From a virus, in IMG/VR virus record IMGVR_UViG_3300045988_112172: a DNA stretch of 64,000 bases. The stretch is one strand, 5' to 3'. The translations under genes were made by a program, and so were the position numbers. Positions 49,821 through 59,906 of the stretch are shown piece after piece. A model generated the notes under the pieces. It was not told where the DNA came from. It did no database searches and saw only the letters and a list, made by a program, of their open reading frames with translations. Numbering within the stretch: position 1 is the first letter of the stretch; each line of letters begins with the position of its first letter.

Positions 49821-50191
49821 TCCAGATGTTTAGCGTCCATTTCTTGCCTATTCTCATCTACCCACATTAAAGTATCTTTACTGCTACATTCTGGGCATTT
49901 GTCAGCTCCACATGGAAGAAGCATTTGTGCTCCACATAAGACACATCTTACCCAGTCTCCGTGCTGCACCCCTTCGTATGTTCTTGTTTTCATATTTGTC
50001 ATTTTATCATTTACAACTTTCACTTCTTCGCTCCACAAACGTCTCTTATATATCGGAGTGATGCCGATCAGAATACCACTATCTTCACCCCAATACTGAA
50101 GTGTTTTGGACTCAATTTTATGATGCAATTCCTGTATTCCTCCTTTGTTTCTGTCATAAGGATAAAAATCAGATAATTTTACCATTTTCAT
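49745..50191 (-). CDS. zinc-ribbon protein (148 aa)
   Basis: CVLCGAQMLLPCGADKCPEC. Confidence 0.5.
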   Translation of the reverse strand: MKMVKLSDFYPYDRNKGGIQELHHKIESKTLQYWGEDSGILIGITPIYKRRLWSEEVKVVNDKMTNMKTRTYEGVQHGDWVRCVLCGAQMLLPCGADKCPECSSKDTLMWVDENRQEMDAKHLDCLVPIRKLELQEYLSPEILKMEHI

Positions 50192-50925
50192 TTTTCTGGA
50201 TTTTCAGTAGTTCCTAAAAGACATTCATTACCCTCAAAATGAATACAATAATCCCATAATGTTCCATTGGAACATTCGTACTTATAAGGCAATCCATTAT
50301 AATCGTCCACAATTTCCCTTGCAAACAAACTGATATTCCATTTTTTATTTCCTTCTTTTCTTACCAGCACTTTGTCAAACGGCTTAAAATCATATTTCAG
50401 CTTTTCTTCAATCCCGAAGAAGCGTTTCAGATACTCTTTAGCTTCAGGTTCTTTGCTTGCCTTTAATGCGTCAACCAACTTTTGTCTTTCGGATTCAGTG
50501 GCAAATCTGTATTTTTCTATCTTATTTTCCCAAGCAGATAAACCATCTTCTATTTTAAGAATACCTTTTTGATTTAAAGAGGCATAAAAAAACGTTAAAT
50601 ATTTCCCATGTGTATTTAAAATAAAGATATAGCTACCATCTTTATTACTTAACACCTCTCCATCTTTAAACGTAGTATATTCTGGAACTTCAAGAAGGAG
50701 TCGATTTGCGCTGCTAAGTGCTTTTCCTGTAGCAGAAAACCAGTCTGCCGATACAGAAATCGAATGAATTACAACCAATAACGGACAATTTGACGAATTG
50801 TCTTCATATACGATTTCTGCTCTATTTTGTCCTTTCTCTGTCACAATACGACCTGCTATTTCCCCTATGTTTATTTTTTTCGCCGTTTCTAAATCAAACG
50901 GGATTGTTACTGTTTTCTGTTCCAT
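50188..50925 (-). CDS. hypothetical protein, paralog A (245 aa)
   Basis: Same length and colinear similarity with 51273-52010 (PFDLETAKKI / PFDLNTARKI; FKPFDKVLVRK / LKPFERVLVRR; C-terminal YECSNG ... C ... EGNECLLGT / YECLGG ... C ... EGNEHLLGT). Confidence 0.6.
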   Translation of the reverse strand: MEQKTVTIPFDLETAKKINIGEIAGRIVTEKGQNRAEIVYEDNSSNCPLLVVIHSISVSADWFSATGKALSSANRLLLEVPEYTTFKDGEVLSNKDGSYIFILNTHGKYLTFFYASLNQKGILKIEDGLSAWENKIEKYRFATESERQKLVDALKASKEPEAKEYLKRFFGIEEKLKYDFKPFDKVLVRKEGNKKWNISLFAREIVDDYNGLPYKYECSNGTLWDYCIHFEGNECLLGTTENPEK

Positions 50926-51272
50926 AATCTTATTTGTTTTAGTAATTATATACTATTTTACGACATCTATGTTATAAAACATACGAATGATAATTAATTT
51001 CATATTCTTCTTTTCTAACTTTGTTTTACTCAATCGAATCAATAAGTCCCTTGTTTCGGACAAGACGGTTGAGTAAAAGAGGTCTTTGATATAAGGTTCC
51101 GTCTTGAAAACGTAAGATGGGTAAAATCAAAAACGTTTTTTAGTAAAAGAATCCGGCGATCTCACTTTTGAGCAATCGGTAGAGGGTATTGGTGATACCC
51201 AGTATGATGCTTCGTACAAATGTATATCATTTTTCATCTTTGATATAAAATGGTGTATAATCACCTTAGTTC

Positions 51273-52010
51273 CTAAAAATGTTTGTTAGTTCCTAAAAGA
51301 TGTTCATTCCCTTCGTATGGGATACATTGACTAAATCCTACCCCTCCTAAGCATTCGTATTTATTATCTCCTCCTGATTCTCTGGAAAATAGATGCACTT
51401 TCCATCTCTCTTGGTTATTTCTTCTCACCAGCACTCGTTCAAATGGTTTGAGGTCGTGTTTCGGCATCTCATCTAATAGATACTCATATTCACTTAAATA
51501 TCGTTTTATTATATCTACCTTTCTACTGTCTTCGGCTTTTATAATCTTTTCTGCTAAAAATTTCTTCTCTTCCTCTATAGCCTTTCTTACATGCCGTTTT
51601 TTATATCCGTCATACACATTAGTCCATAATTTGCAATCAAACCCAATATCTCCAAATGATGCCATTCCGCATATACATCCCATTACCCCTTTGGTAATAA
51701 TACCATTATATATAAATGGGTTCCCAAGCGTGCTTATTAATACATCTCCTTTCTTAAAATACGCTCCAGCCTCTACTTCCAATTCCAGATCGTTGTTGAA
51801 AAAAGTACGACCTTCTGTATCGGCATATATAGCACTTATCCCAGATTCATCTTTTTTTACAAAAAGTAAATTATAACGATCTGCACAGTCTTTTGACTCA
51901 TATACAAATTCTATTTTAATATTACCAATTAATACTGAACCTTCTATTTCTCCGCTTTTAATTTTTCTCGCCGTATTTAAATCAAACGGAACAACAATTG
52001 GATTTTCCAT
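51273..52010 (-). CDS. hypothetical protein, paralog B (245 aa)
   Basis: Paralog of 50188-50925 (see that entry). Confidence 0.6.
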   Translation of the reverse strand: MENPIVVPFDLNTARKIKSGEIEGSVLIGNIKIEFVYESKDCADRYNLLFVKKDESGISAIYADTEGRTFFNNDLELEVEAGAYFKKGDVLISTLGNPFIYNGIITKGVMGCICGMASFGDIGFDCKLWTNVYDGYKKRHVRKAIEEEKKFLAEKIIKAEDSRKVDIIKRYLSEYEYLLDEMPKHDLKPFERVLVRRNNQERWKVHLFSRESGGDNKYECLGGVGFSQCIPYEGNEHLLGTNKHF

Positions 52011-52050
52011 ATCTTTTCGTTTTTAATTGTTATAAAACAGGATGAGCTAC

Positions 52051-53115
52051 TTACACCCATCCCAGTTGTTTAGCAATGCCTTCCATCTCGCTATATGCAA
52101 TGCGATGACACCCGGCTGTCAGTATATCGTTTTCATACCGGTTTATGCTCCACTGGTGACCGGTGACGTCCTCCACCAGACCGTGCCGGAACGGGCCTCC
52201 CCGGTGCAACAGTGACACCATCTGCCACATCCTTCTGGCTTCTTCTATCCCGATTTTTATTTGTTTGCTCGTTTCAATAATTCCCCCTTTTATGCGCATC
52301 CAAGCATTTACGTCAGCACAATCAATAAAATAATATGAATGCAAGAAATTAAGTTCTCCCGACTTCCATTTTTCTAATTTTTCATAAAAATCCTTACGAA
52401 ATTTGTCTAATTCTTCTTCCCTTGCCCTTCGCTTTTTTTCCTGTTTTGCTTCTATATTTATTCTATATTTTTCAACTCTTTCCCGATATTTCAACCAAGT
52501 TCCTTCACCACAAACTTCATCTACAATCACAATAACGGTTCCAAGGACTTCCAGTGCTTGATGATTCAATAATATCTGGAAAACACGTTTCAACTCACGG
52601 ACATGTTCACGTTTAATCTTATCTGATTTCCATGATAATTCATGGTTAGTTCCAAGCCATTCGTCTGCGCTCTTTTTAAGAAGACGCTGGGGAGTCCCCA
52701 TATCGAAGAACTCAATATAATCCATCAGATTTTTAAAATTCCCCCAAACATCCCGATAAGACAATTCAGTTCTGGCTTTCTTGTATTTTTCAATAGCATC
52801 TTTAATACATTCCAACATATTGGTAACAAAGAGCATGTTACCGATACAATATGATATATTACATTCAACATAGAACACCTTTGAGCCAGTTGGTATTGCT
52901 TCACGAACATAATATTGATGCTTGCTTGTAGTAGAAGAATAGTATGTATCATTAATCAAATACGCCTTTTCTCCACGCTTGTTTCGCACGATTCTTCCGA
53001 CCTCAAAATGTCTTCCATAGGAGTAAATACTTTCACCTTCAAAATAGAAATTACTACCATTTGCAGATTCTTGCTTTTTGTTTGCCCACAAGTGAGCGAC
53101 CATTGAATTGTTCAT
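52051..53115 (-). CDS. hypothetical protein (354 aa)
   Basis: Long ORF. Confidence 0.6.
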   Translation of the reverse strand: MNNSMVAHLWANKKQESANGSNFYFEGESIYSYGRHFEVGRIVRNKRGEKAYLINDTYYSSTTSKHQYYVREAIPTGSKVFYVECNISYCIGNMLFVTNMLECIKDAIEKYKKARTELSYRDVWGNFKNLMDYIEFFDMGTPQRLLKKSADEWLGTNHELSWKSDKIKREHVRELKRVFQILLNHQALEVLGTVIVIVDEVCGEGTWLKYRERVEKYRINIEAKQEKKRRAREEELDKFRKDFYEKLEKWKSGELNFLHSYYFIDCADVNAWMRIKGGIIETSKQIKIGIEEARRMWQMVSLLHRGGPFRHGLVEDVTGHQWSINRYENDILTAGCHRIAYSEMEGIAKQLGWV

Positions 53116-53127
53116 ATAAATATCTTT

Positions 53128-53442
53128 TTAATTGTTTAACTTACCTTTATCATATGACATTCTCTTTTCGTATTTTTCAATACGTTCGGTTATCATATCG
53201 CAGAAGACTTGCCCCTCTTTTTCGGAACCTCTGAAGTAACCAACCATCTTCAGAATATTTCCGTCAAATTCATGGACAAACTTGTTATAATAATGTTCAC
53301 CCATAACTTTCCCGTATTTTCCCATAAACAAATCCTTGTCTAACGACTCATCCTTGAAACAACGGTTGTAATCCCATCTTACAATACGAAACAATGTTTC
53401 AAAATCCAATCTTTCCATATCCTGTATTTTATTTAAGCTCAA
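53128..53442 (-). CDS. hypothetical protein (104 aa)
   Basis: ORF. Confidence 0.5.
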   Translation of the reverse strand: MSLNKIQDMERLDFETLFRIVRWDYNRCFKDESLDKDLFMGKYGKVMGEHYYNKFVHEFDGNILKMVGYFRGSEKEGQVFCDMITERIEKYEKRMSYDKGKLNN

Positions 53443-54439
53443 ACTTAATACCTTCCGGCAACTGAGAGCGGTCTACCTTATTCACAAAATCATCAAACTC
53501 TTCCTGTGTGATTTTTTCTCCATAACCGTTCCAGTTGAAAGACAAAGTGTTCGTGTGAGAATAATATATAACATTATCGGTAGACAACCCATAATCAAAC
53601 ACACAGAGCATTATCTTCTTTTCTGCTTCTGCTTGTCTGATTTTCTTATCGTATCGCTCACAAATTTCAGCACGTTTTGCCGCCATCTTTGCTTTATGGG
53701 CTTCCACTCTGCGTTTCTCTATATTTTCTGAGGAATAATGCCCGGCTTTAATACGCTCTTCAATAAGAGATCGTTCCTCGTCCGTTAGTGTTAAAACAGA
53801 TCTTTCTTCTTCCGGCTTATATGGATTAACCCACTTCTTACCACACAATTTTTCAAGTTCCGCAATAAGTTCTTCTAATTCTCTTTTCCATCTATCCACG
53901 ATCCCCAGATTGAAAAGCATATACCTGAAATACAACTTATCCTCAGAGGCTTTATATAATTCTACGCATTCTTGTTCTGATATACGCAAATACTCCATTG
54001 CCACAGACATACCACTTCTTCTAACGTGATATATGCCATTTTCCACCGGATACATAGGAGCACCATAATGGTTACAAAGATGCAACGATATGAATTTCGA
54101 CAATTCCGGAAAATGTTTTGCGACTTCATCGTGGCAGCAGCCTCCTAAGTAATCCTCATATTTTCCATGCTTGTTTTTCCAGTCAACGTCGGCTTCCCGC
54201 CACAACCGGTCATACAATGCAGCCAGTTCACGATTGCTTTCATAATGCTGCCAGATTTTATGATTCAATACCAGCGTCAATTCTGTAAAGAACTTATAAT
54301 CGTCTTTCCATTCATTAAACGCACGTCTGTAGGTATCCTTGACACCTGCTATACTATACTTGTCGGCTATGCTGAAATCTTCCCAAAAGGTAGTCATTAG
54401 GTTATAGCCCACTTCTTTCATAAATTCTTTGAATGTCAT
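53429..54439 (-). CDS. hypothetical protein, possible HD-like metal-dependent hydrolase (336 aa)
   Basis: His and HD cluster (HGKYEDYLGGCCHDEVAKH ... HLCNH). The assignment is weak. Confidence 0.5.
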   Translation of the reverse strand: MTFKEFMKEVGYNLMTTFWEDFSIADKYSIAGVKDTYRRAFNEWKDDYKFFTELTLVLNHKIWQHYESNRELAALYDRLWREADVDWKNKHGKYEDYLGGCCHDEVAKHFPELSKFISLHLCNHYGAPMYPVENGIYHVRRSGMSVAMEYLRISEQECVELYKASEDKLYFRYMLFNLGIVDRWKRELEELIAELEKLCGKKWVNPYKPEEERSVLTLTDEERSLIEERIKAGHYSSENIEKRRVEAHKAKMAAKRAEICERYDKKIRQAEAEKKIMLCVFDYGLSTDNVIYYSHTNTLSFNWNGYGEKITQEEFDDFVNKVDRSQLPEGIKFELK

Positions 54440-54470
54440 AAGCTATTATTTTAGGTATATAATTACCTCA

Positions 54471-54761
54471 TTAAATTTTTGAATTGTCATATAATTCCCC
54501 TGAATATGGACTGTATATTGTTCCGGCTTCCACCGCTCCAGGTTCTACCGCCATCAGTCCTACACCTACTTCATAATACAATTCAAGTTCTATTGGCTCC
54601 ATCGCCATCCTCTCAGCTTCTTTCTTGCTAAGACCTGAAAGCATTAAACATTTCACCTTATTTGCGTACGCAATAGGATACTCTTCTGGAGTTAATCTTA
54701 TTAAGATTAACTCTGCTTCTTCTGCGCTGTTAAGTTTTAATTCGTTTCCCATTTTATACAT
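54471..54761 (-). CDS. hypothetical protein (96 aa)
   Basis: ORF. Confidence 0.45.
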   Translation of the reverse strand: MYKMGNELKLNSAEEAELILIRLTPEEYPIAYANKVKCLMLSGLSKKEAERMAMEPIELELYYEVGVGLMAVEPGAVEAGTIYSPYSGELYDNSKI

Positions 54762-55019
54762 TGTTTTCGTTGTTCACTATCTGATTAATGTATAATCCTG
54801 GCCACGAACAGCCAGGCTGGCCTCATTGTAAGGCAGGCGCCGCCTTATTCTGGCTGTTCTACCCACTCTCTGTACCCTACATTAAAACCAATAGGATCAT
54901 ACCTTTTGATCATAGTGCCGTAATTCTCTCTACCGCAATACCTGTTCTTTCCTCCAATGATCCATGCCTCATCGTCTCTATCTGGAGATATGGAGTTAAG
55001 ATATTTTTCATAATCCTTT

Positions 55020-55388
55020 CTACTCTTTCCCATCTTTGTCTTGATTTAAGCAATAGTTAATAAAATAAGCAACCTGTTCATTTTCCCCTGGATTATTATA
55101 ATCATAAAAAGTCATATCAGTATAATCCAGCATGACTACACGAAAATCGTTTTTTTTGACATACACTTCCGTTAAATACATAGGATTTTCATCAATTTCT
55201 ATTATCACCGGAAACTGATCATCAAAGTCAAATACATCATTAGTTTCTTTAAATTCTTTAAACCCTTTAAATTTTAGCCTTATAATTCCATTGTTTTCTG
55301 CTAATGCTTCTCTGATGTACTCTAATCTTTTTGCATTCAGACTGGCCTCTGCTTCTTCTATTTCTTTATACAACTTATTTAAATCCAT
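55020..55388 (-). CDS. hypothetical acidic protein (122 aa)
   Basis: ORF. Confidence 0.45.
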   Translation of the reverse strand: MDLNKLYKEIEEAEASLNAKRLEYIREALAENNGIIRLKFKGFKEFKETNDVFDFDDQFPVIIEIDENPMYLTEVYVKKNDFRVVMLDYTDMTFYDYNNPGENEQVAYFINYCLNQDKDGKE

Positions 55389-55890
55389 ATTCCACTATAT
55401 TTATGTTATCGAATTTTTCTTTTATAATATCCAAGGCGCGGCACTCGTTTGTTATCATGGCATACTTACCTGGCTTCATTCTCCACAAATTAAAATACCT
55501 TGTCACATTCATAGTGGCATTAAATAATGATATTTCATATTTTGTGTTTCCATTTTTATCACGTCCTATGTTTTTAACATAACATATGTCTGGCTCGTAT
55601 TTGAAATAATTTAAAAGCCTATACCAGCCTTTTCCCTGACATGTCTCAAAATTCCATTTTCCAACAAGCCTTCTGTATCCTCTTACTGGTATTTTCACTA
55701 TTTCCCTTGGCACGATTTCAATATACTTTCCTTCTCCGATTGGTATAGTCATATTACCTGCCTCTTCCGTGCAAAAGTATTCTATTTCAGATGCCATGTC
55801 TTTATATACATAGAACCGGTATAGGTTCCCGTCAGGGTCTACCCGATCCATGTAATATAATATCACTTTGTCTACTTTTATCGTTTTCAT
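55375..55890 (-). CDS. hypothetical protein (171 aa)
   Basis: ORF. Confidence 0.5.
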   Translation of the reverse strand: MKTIKVDKVILYYMDRVDPDGNLYRFYVYKDMASEIEYFCTEEAGNMTIPIGEGKYIEIVPREIVKIPVRGYRRLVGKWNFETCQGKGWYRLLNYFKYEPDICYVKNIGRDKNGNTKYEISLFNATMNVTRYFNLWRMKPGKYAMITNECRALDIIKEKFDNINIVEYGFK

Positions 55891-56138
55891 TCCTTTATTC
55901 TACTTATCTTTAAATCGTTATTCCCACAGTATTCCTTCAACCAACTATCCGTTAGATAACGATTAACTCTATCGTATTTCTTTTTCGGACCCTTGCTCCA
56001 GAATTTCCATTCGTTTGTGATATCATACCCATATTTATCAAACCAATGGATATAATACACTACGTTACCGTACAAATCCACTCTTTTTCTTTCCTGTATG
56101 ACTACCTCGTAAGGCATCTTCTTGCCTCTTTTCTCCAT
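55887..56138 (-). CDS. hypothetical protein (83 aa)
   Basis: ORF. Confidence 0.45.
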   Translation of the reverse strand: MEKRGKKMPYEVVIQERKRVDLYGNVVYYIHWFDKYGYDITNEWKFWSKGPKKKYDRVNRYLTDSWLKEYCGNNDLKISRIKE

Positions 56139-56216
56139 CTTTGTCCTCCTTTCTTGAATAAAAAAAACGGCACCTATCTTCGCAGACCAGTGCCGGTAAC
56201 TAACTTACATGGAAAA

Positions 56217-56627
56217 CTATTTTACTTCACTAAATTCTACAGAGCTGTAGAATTTAGTGAAGCTACCAACAAATTCTCTTATATTTTTATATTCTTCTGG
56301 TCGTTTTCTGTTACCGTCTTTTATATAATTTACCCACAGTCTATCTTCTATGCTCTTAATCGCATTTTCTATAGTAAATTCGTCGCTGACACACATTAAA
56401 CACGAAGATCCGGTTTTCTTATGTGGTTTATACACCCTTGAAAAAGACCACATTTTTATCCTGTCGTATATATATCCGTTGTTTGGATAAACGAATCCTA
56501 TCCGGCTGTCACCTTCTTTAGCGTAAAACACACCTGGCTCCTTCCCGCCCTTTCTATATACTACAAATCCTTTTTCTTTTAGGATCTTAACTACTTTATC
56601 TAATTCATTTTCTACGTTCATTTTCAT
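56217..56627 (-). CDS. hypothetical protein (136 aa)
   Basis: ORF. Confidence 0.5.
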   Translation of the reverse strand: MKMNVENELDKVVKILKEKGFVVYRKGGKEPGVFYAKEGDSRIGFVYPNNGYIYDRIKMWSFSRVYKPHKKTGSSCLMCVSDEFTIENAIKSIEDRLWVNYIKDGNRKRPEEYKNIREFVGSFTKFYSSVEFSEVK

Positions 56628-57078
56628 GCAAAAATTTAAAAACGACCTTCATTACATTTCCAAAGTTCTCCACCTTAACCCACTCATGAGCTACTGCTCT
56701 AAGTACGGATGTCTCGTATGTCGGAATATCGTCTTCTTCAACCACCTTACAAGAAGCCAGAACTCCTTCGGTCGGCTTTAGTCCTCGGTCATGCAGCTCG
56801 CAGAGACCGTCCGGCTGGCGGAATGCGCACCACCCGTCTTTCACTGTTGGCTGGATCATCGCTATTGGTTTTTCTTTCACTGCAAGATACCCTACCATCC
56901 ACATTGTTTCTTTTAACCTGTCAGCGTATCCGGCATCTATGATAGCCTCTATGTCTTTTGGCGTACCAATACAAGGAACTTTACACATGTTTTTACATTT
57001 ATCACATGTACAAGGTTGCTCCCATCTGTTATGATCTATGCCAACCAACTTCTTTATCCGTTCTACTTCCTCTTTCAT
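56605..57078 (-). CDS. Cys-cluster protein (157 aa), possible metal or Fe-S binding
   Basis: CTCDKCKNMCKVPC followed by further Cys (C ... C ... C). Confidence 0.45.
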   Translation of the reverse strand: MKEEVERIKKLVGIDHNRWEQPCTCDKCKNMCKVPCIGTPKDIEAIIDAGYADRLKETMWMVGYLAVKEKPIAMIQPTVKDGWCAFRQPDGLCELHDRGLKPTEGVLASCKVVEEDDIPTYETSVLRAVAHEWVKVENFGNVMKVVFKFLHENERRK

Positions 57079-57079
57079 A

Positions 57080-57364
57080 TTATACTGTCTCTGTTAGTTT
57101 TTCGTAATACAACTTCATTTCCGGTGAAGCGTATTCCATGAATGCTTCGAATAAGTGTGGTACCTCTATTATCATATTCACATTACAACCTTCTGTCTGT
57201 GAAAGCGATTCAAGATCATTACTGTACAGGCACGTAACATAGGCACCTATATTAAATACATGCAAATCTATCCTTACGTATTCTATACATGAAGACAATG
57301 CATTAAACAAATTCTTTACTTCATTCTTGTCAAAAAGTTCTACAAATTCTCTCAACCCCATCAT
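57080..57364 (-). CDS. hypothetical protein (94 aa)
   Basis: ORF. Confidence 0.45.
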   Translation of the reverse strand: MMGLREFVELFDKNEVKNLFNALSSCIEYVRIDLHVFNIGAYVTCLYSNDLESLSQTEGCNVNMIIEVPHLFEAFMEYASPEMKLYYEKLTETV

Positions 57365-57744
57365 TTTACCACCCTTTCTATGTGTTTAATTAATACTACT
57401 GCTATTCCCTTACCGGTTTTTATCGCACATTCCGACCCTTTTATCCATTCTACACACCCTACATACTTTTCCGTAGCATGAAATCCGGGATTGTATTTTC
57501 CAGATGTACTGAACTCTACCGTATCCCCTACCCTCAGATCATCAAAAGCAATAGACCATGTGGTCCAAATTCTGTCATGTCTCCCAGGCTGAATGGCCCC
57601 GATTACGCCTTTTTTACGACCGTTTTTTATTGCCCTTAGTATTATCTTCCTATCACCTTCGATAAGGCTGCAAAAGCGCCCGTAAAAGGTCAAATCAACC
57701 TGTTTTCCTCCTATTTCTTCTCTTATTTTTATTATTCTGTTCAT
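57361..57744 (-). CDS. hypothetical protein (127 aa)
   Basis: ORF. Confidence 0.45.
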   Translation of the reverse strand: MNRIIKIREEIGGKQVDLTFYGRFCSLIEGDRKIILRAIKNGRKKGVIGAIQPGRHDRIWTTWSIAFDDLRVGDTVEFSTSGKYNPGFHATEKYVGCVEWIKGSECAIKTGKGIAVVLIKHIERVVK

Positions 57745-57968
57745 TTTCTGATTTTGTTTTATTTTTTTCTTTGTTTTTTCTATCTTCTATAGAAGATGAT
57801 AATAACATTATCTTTTCTATGTTACTTTTTGACTGTAAAAAAGAATCGCATTTCATTACTACTACCACCTTCTTAAGTTCCCCATTATCGTATAGCGATA
57901 CACGCATCATGTTTTGCACCTCGTCCACTATCAGACCTGGAGTAGTCTTAGCCATTTTGCGTAGCTTA

Positions 57969-58253
57969 TTATACTCCGGTCTTTCCATTTCCTCTGTTTA
58001 TTACTCTATAGTATTTATCCTTATCCCCTTCTTTTAACTTCTCCAGATAGAAAATTCCATCATGTAAATGAGACAAACAAAACCTGTATCCGTATTTCTG
58101 TACTCTTCTTACATGATCCCGCAGTCTTATCTCTTCACTTTTGTCTTGTACTTTGATTTTAATACTGTCTCCTTCTTTGATTGTGTATAAAATAGTTTGA
58201 ATCTCTTCTTTTTTCATCTTATAAAATATTTTAACGGCAGCACCTATACTCAC
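57969..58253 (-). CDS. hypothetical protein (94 aa; the listed start is GTG, and an internal ATG 12 codons in is also possible)
   Basis: ORF. Confidence 0.45.
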   Translation of the reverse strand: MSIGAAVKIFYKMKKEEIQTILYTIKEGDSIKIKVQDKSEEIRLRDHVRRVQKYGYRFCLSHLHDGIFYLEKLKEGDKDKYYRVINRGNGKTGV

Positions 58254-58280
58254 GCACCACTACTGCCTTATGTTTAACAA

Positions 58281-59090
58281 TTAAATACTTAACTCTTCAA
58301 TGGTCAAGCCTTTTTCTTTTGCCCACTTTAGCATCGCGCATAATTCTGTTTCTGACTTATATTTCGGATCACGCCACGCCCATCCGAATTTATCCAGGAC
58401 ATGATGATATAATTCGTCGGCCTTTGCCGTGTAAATGTCTTTGAATAAATGCTCCGAACCTTCCGGTATAAGCATCTCTGTTGTTGCAAAATCGGAATAC
58501 GATAAACATCCGTAAGCATATTCTGTTATTTCACTCCATGCTTCTCCGGCTTTAAATCCAAATTCTTTTACAAAAGCCAAAGTTAGATACATATTTAATA
58601 ATATTGTTACATCATATCCGGAATCCGACTTTCTTTCTATTATTTCCTTTTCAAATTCCTTTAAATCTTCAGGTCCTAAAAAGATGTATCCTGATACCGA
58701 CCGGTAATTAGTCTCCGCATACTTCTTGCATTTATCATCATTGACAATCTTACTAATGTTAGATAACATCTTTTGCCTCCATTCATCACAAAACTCTACC
58801 TCTACGTTCATCCAATCAGTACCATAATTATATTCTTTCGGATATCCGACCGATGTTACCTTTATACTATTCACGCCATATCCGTAAAGGCGTTCACTTA
58901 CCTCATTCGCCCATTCCTGTACAAAAGGAATAAACTTATTGTAATAAGAATCAAAATCAAAATCTAATTCCTCCTCATATTCCGGCATCTCTTCATAATC
59001 CTGTTCAAAGAAATGACGAGGATCTGCTATTGTTTCGTAGAAACTTACGTTAATGAAACAAAACTCGTTGGTTGTCGTTTTTAATATCAT
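58281..59090 (-). CDS. hypothetical acidic protein (269 aa)
   Basis: ORF. Confidence 0.55.
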   Translation of the reverse strand: MILKTTTNEFCFINVSFYETIADPRHFFEQDYEEMPEYEEELDFDFDSYYNKFIPFVQEWANEVSERLYGYGVNSIKVTSVGYPKEYNYGTDWMNVEVEFCDEWRQKMLSNISKIVNDDKCKKYAETNYRSVSGYIFLGPEDLKEFEKEIIERKSDSGYDVTILLNMYLTLAFVKEFGFKAGEAWSEITEYAYGCLSYSDFATTEMLIPEGSEHLFKDIYTAKADELYHHVLDKFGWAWRDPKYKSETELCAMLKWAKEKGLTIEELSI

Positions 59091-59341
59091 AACTTTTTGT
59101 ATTTACGTACATTTTTCTTGCCATAGAATCTACACATGGCACGAATCTGACTATAAAATACTTTTGTCCTCCTGGCCTCAAAGTATTTAAACATTTCTTC
59201 ATTCTTTGTTTCCCAAACGTAATCCGTTTGGGAACTCATGCGATCTTTCTCCTTGCGTGAATAATGGTAATATGATACCACAACACGTTTCATACCATTC
59301 TTTACAGGTACGATATTTACGTCTATACTATTCTCTGTCAT
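59087..59341 (-). CDS. hypothetical protein (84 aa)
   Basis: ORF. Confidence 0.45.
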   Translation of the reverse strand: MTENSIDVNIVPVKNGMKRVVVSYYHYSRKEKDRMSSQTDYVWETKNEEMFKYFEARRTKVFYSQIRAMCRFYGKKNVRKYKKL

Positions 59342-59419
59342 ATTATTATTGTTTTATGTTATTTAATGGTAATACTGATCCCATTTATGTGTCAGATGAT
59401 AATTAAACATTATATTTGC

Positions 59420-59549
59420 CCTGTCTTGCGACCTCGGAAGGGCATTTCCGAGTTGGAAAGTACGGGTGATTCCAACGATTGTAAAACCGGGGGTTCCGTA
59501 CGTTTGTATCCAAGAATCCCGTTTGCTTTAGCGATGGGAGTATGTCAAG
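59420..59549 (+). mobile_element. solo remnant of the IS605-family tnpB 3' end plus right end (omega-RNA/reRNA-like scaffold), related to tnpB copy 2
   Basis: About 80% identity over roughly 105 nt to 15628-15732 (tcggaagggcatttccga[a/g]ttgga ... gttcc[a/g]tacgtttgtatccaagaatccc ... gggagtatgtcaag). The only coding potential is a relic of the TnpB C-terminus (RKGISELES.G.S); no tnpB body is present. Confidence 0.65.
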
Positions 59550-59651
59550 CATTATACAAATACAAAGAGCGCATACCTTCACAGGCCGGCGCTCCTTTCA
59601 ATAAAAATGAAAAAACTAATATTACATAAACATATTGTTTTCTACTCTTTA

Positions 59652-59885
59652 TTACAATACTTTTGTTCCGCAATTATTATATCTTCCGTACTCTTTTTTC
59701 GTATCATTCAAGATTTCAAAAACCATCTTCTTGTGATCTTCGTTTGGTAACCTATCCTTAACAGCCGATATTACGCCCACTATAGACGTAAAGCCTGAAT
59801 CTGTTATTGAACACAGCAACACGCCTCTGTCGGCTCCGGTGCTTATTGCTGACGCCTTTATAATATCATTCTTATATATTCTCAT
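59652..59885 (-). CDS. hypothetical protein (77 aa)
   Basis: ORF whose start lies 21 nt downstream (in minus-strand sense) of T-arm-like motif 1. Confidence 0.45.
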   Translation of the reverse strand: MRIYKNDIIKASAISTGADRGVLLCSITDSGFTSIVGVISAVKDRLPNEDHKKMVFEILNDTKKEYGRYNNCGTKVL

Positions 59886-59906
59886 AACTTTTTTGTTTTA
59901 TTGTTT

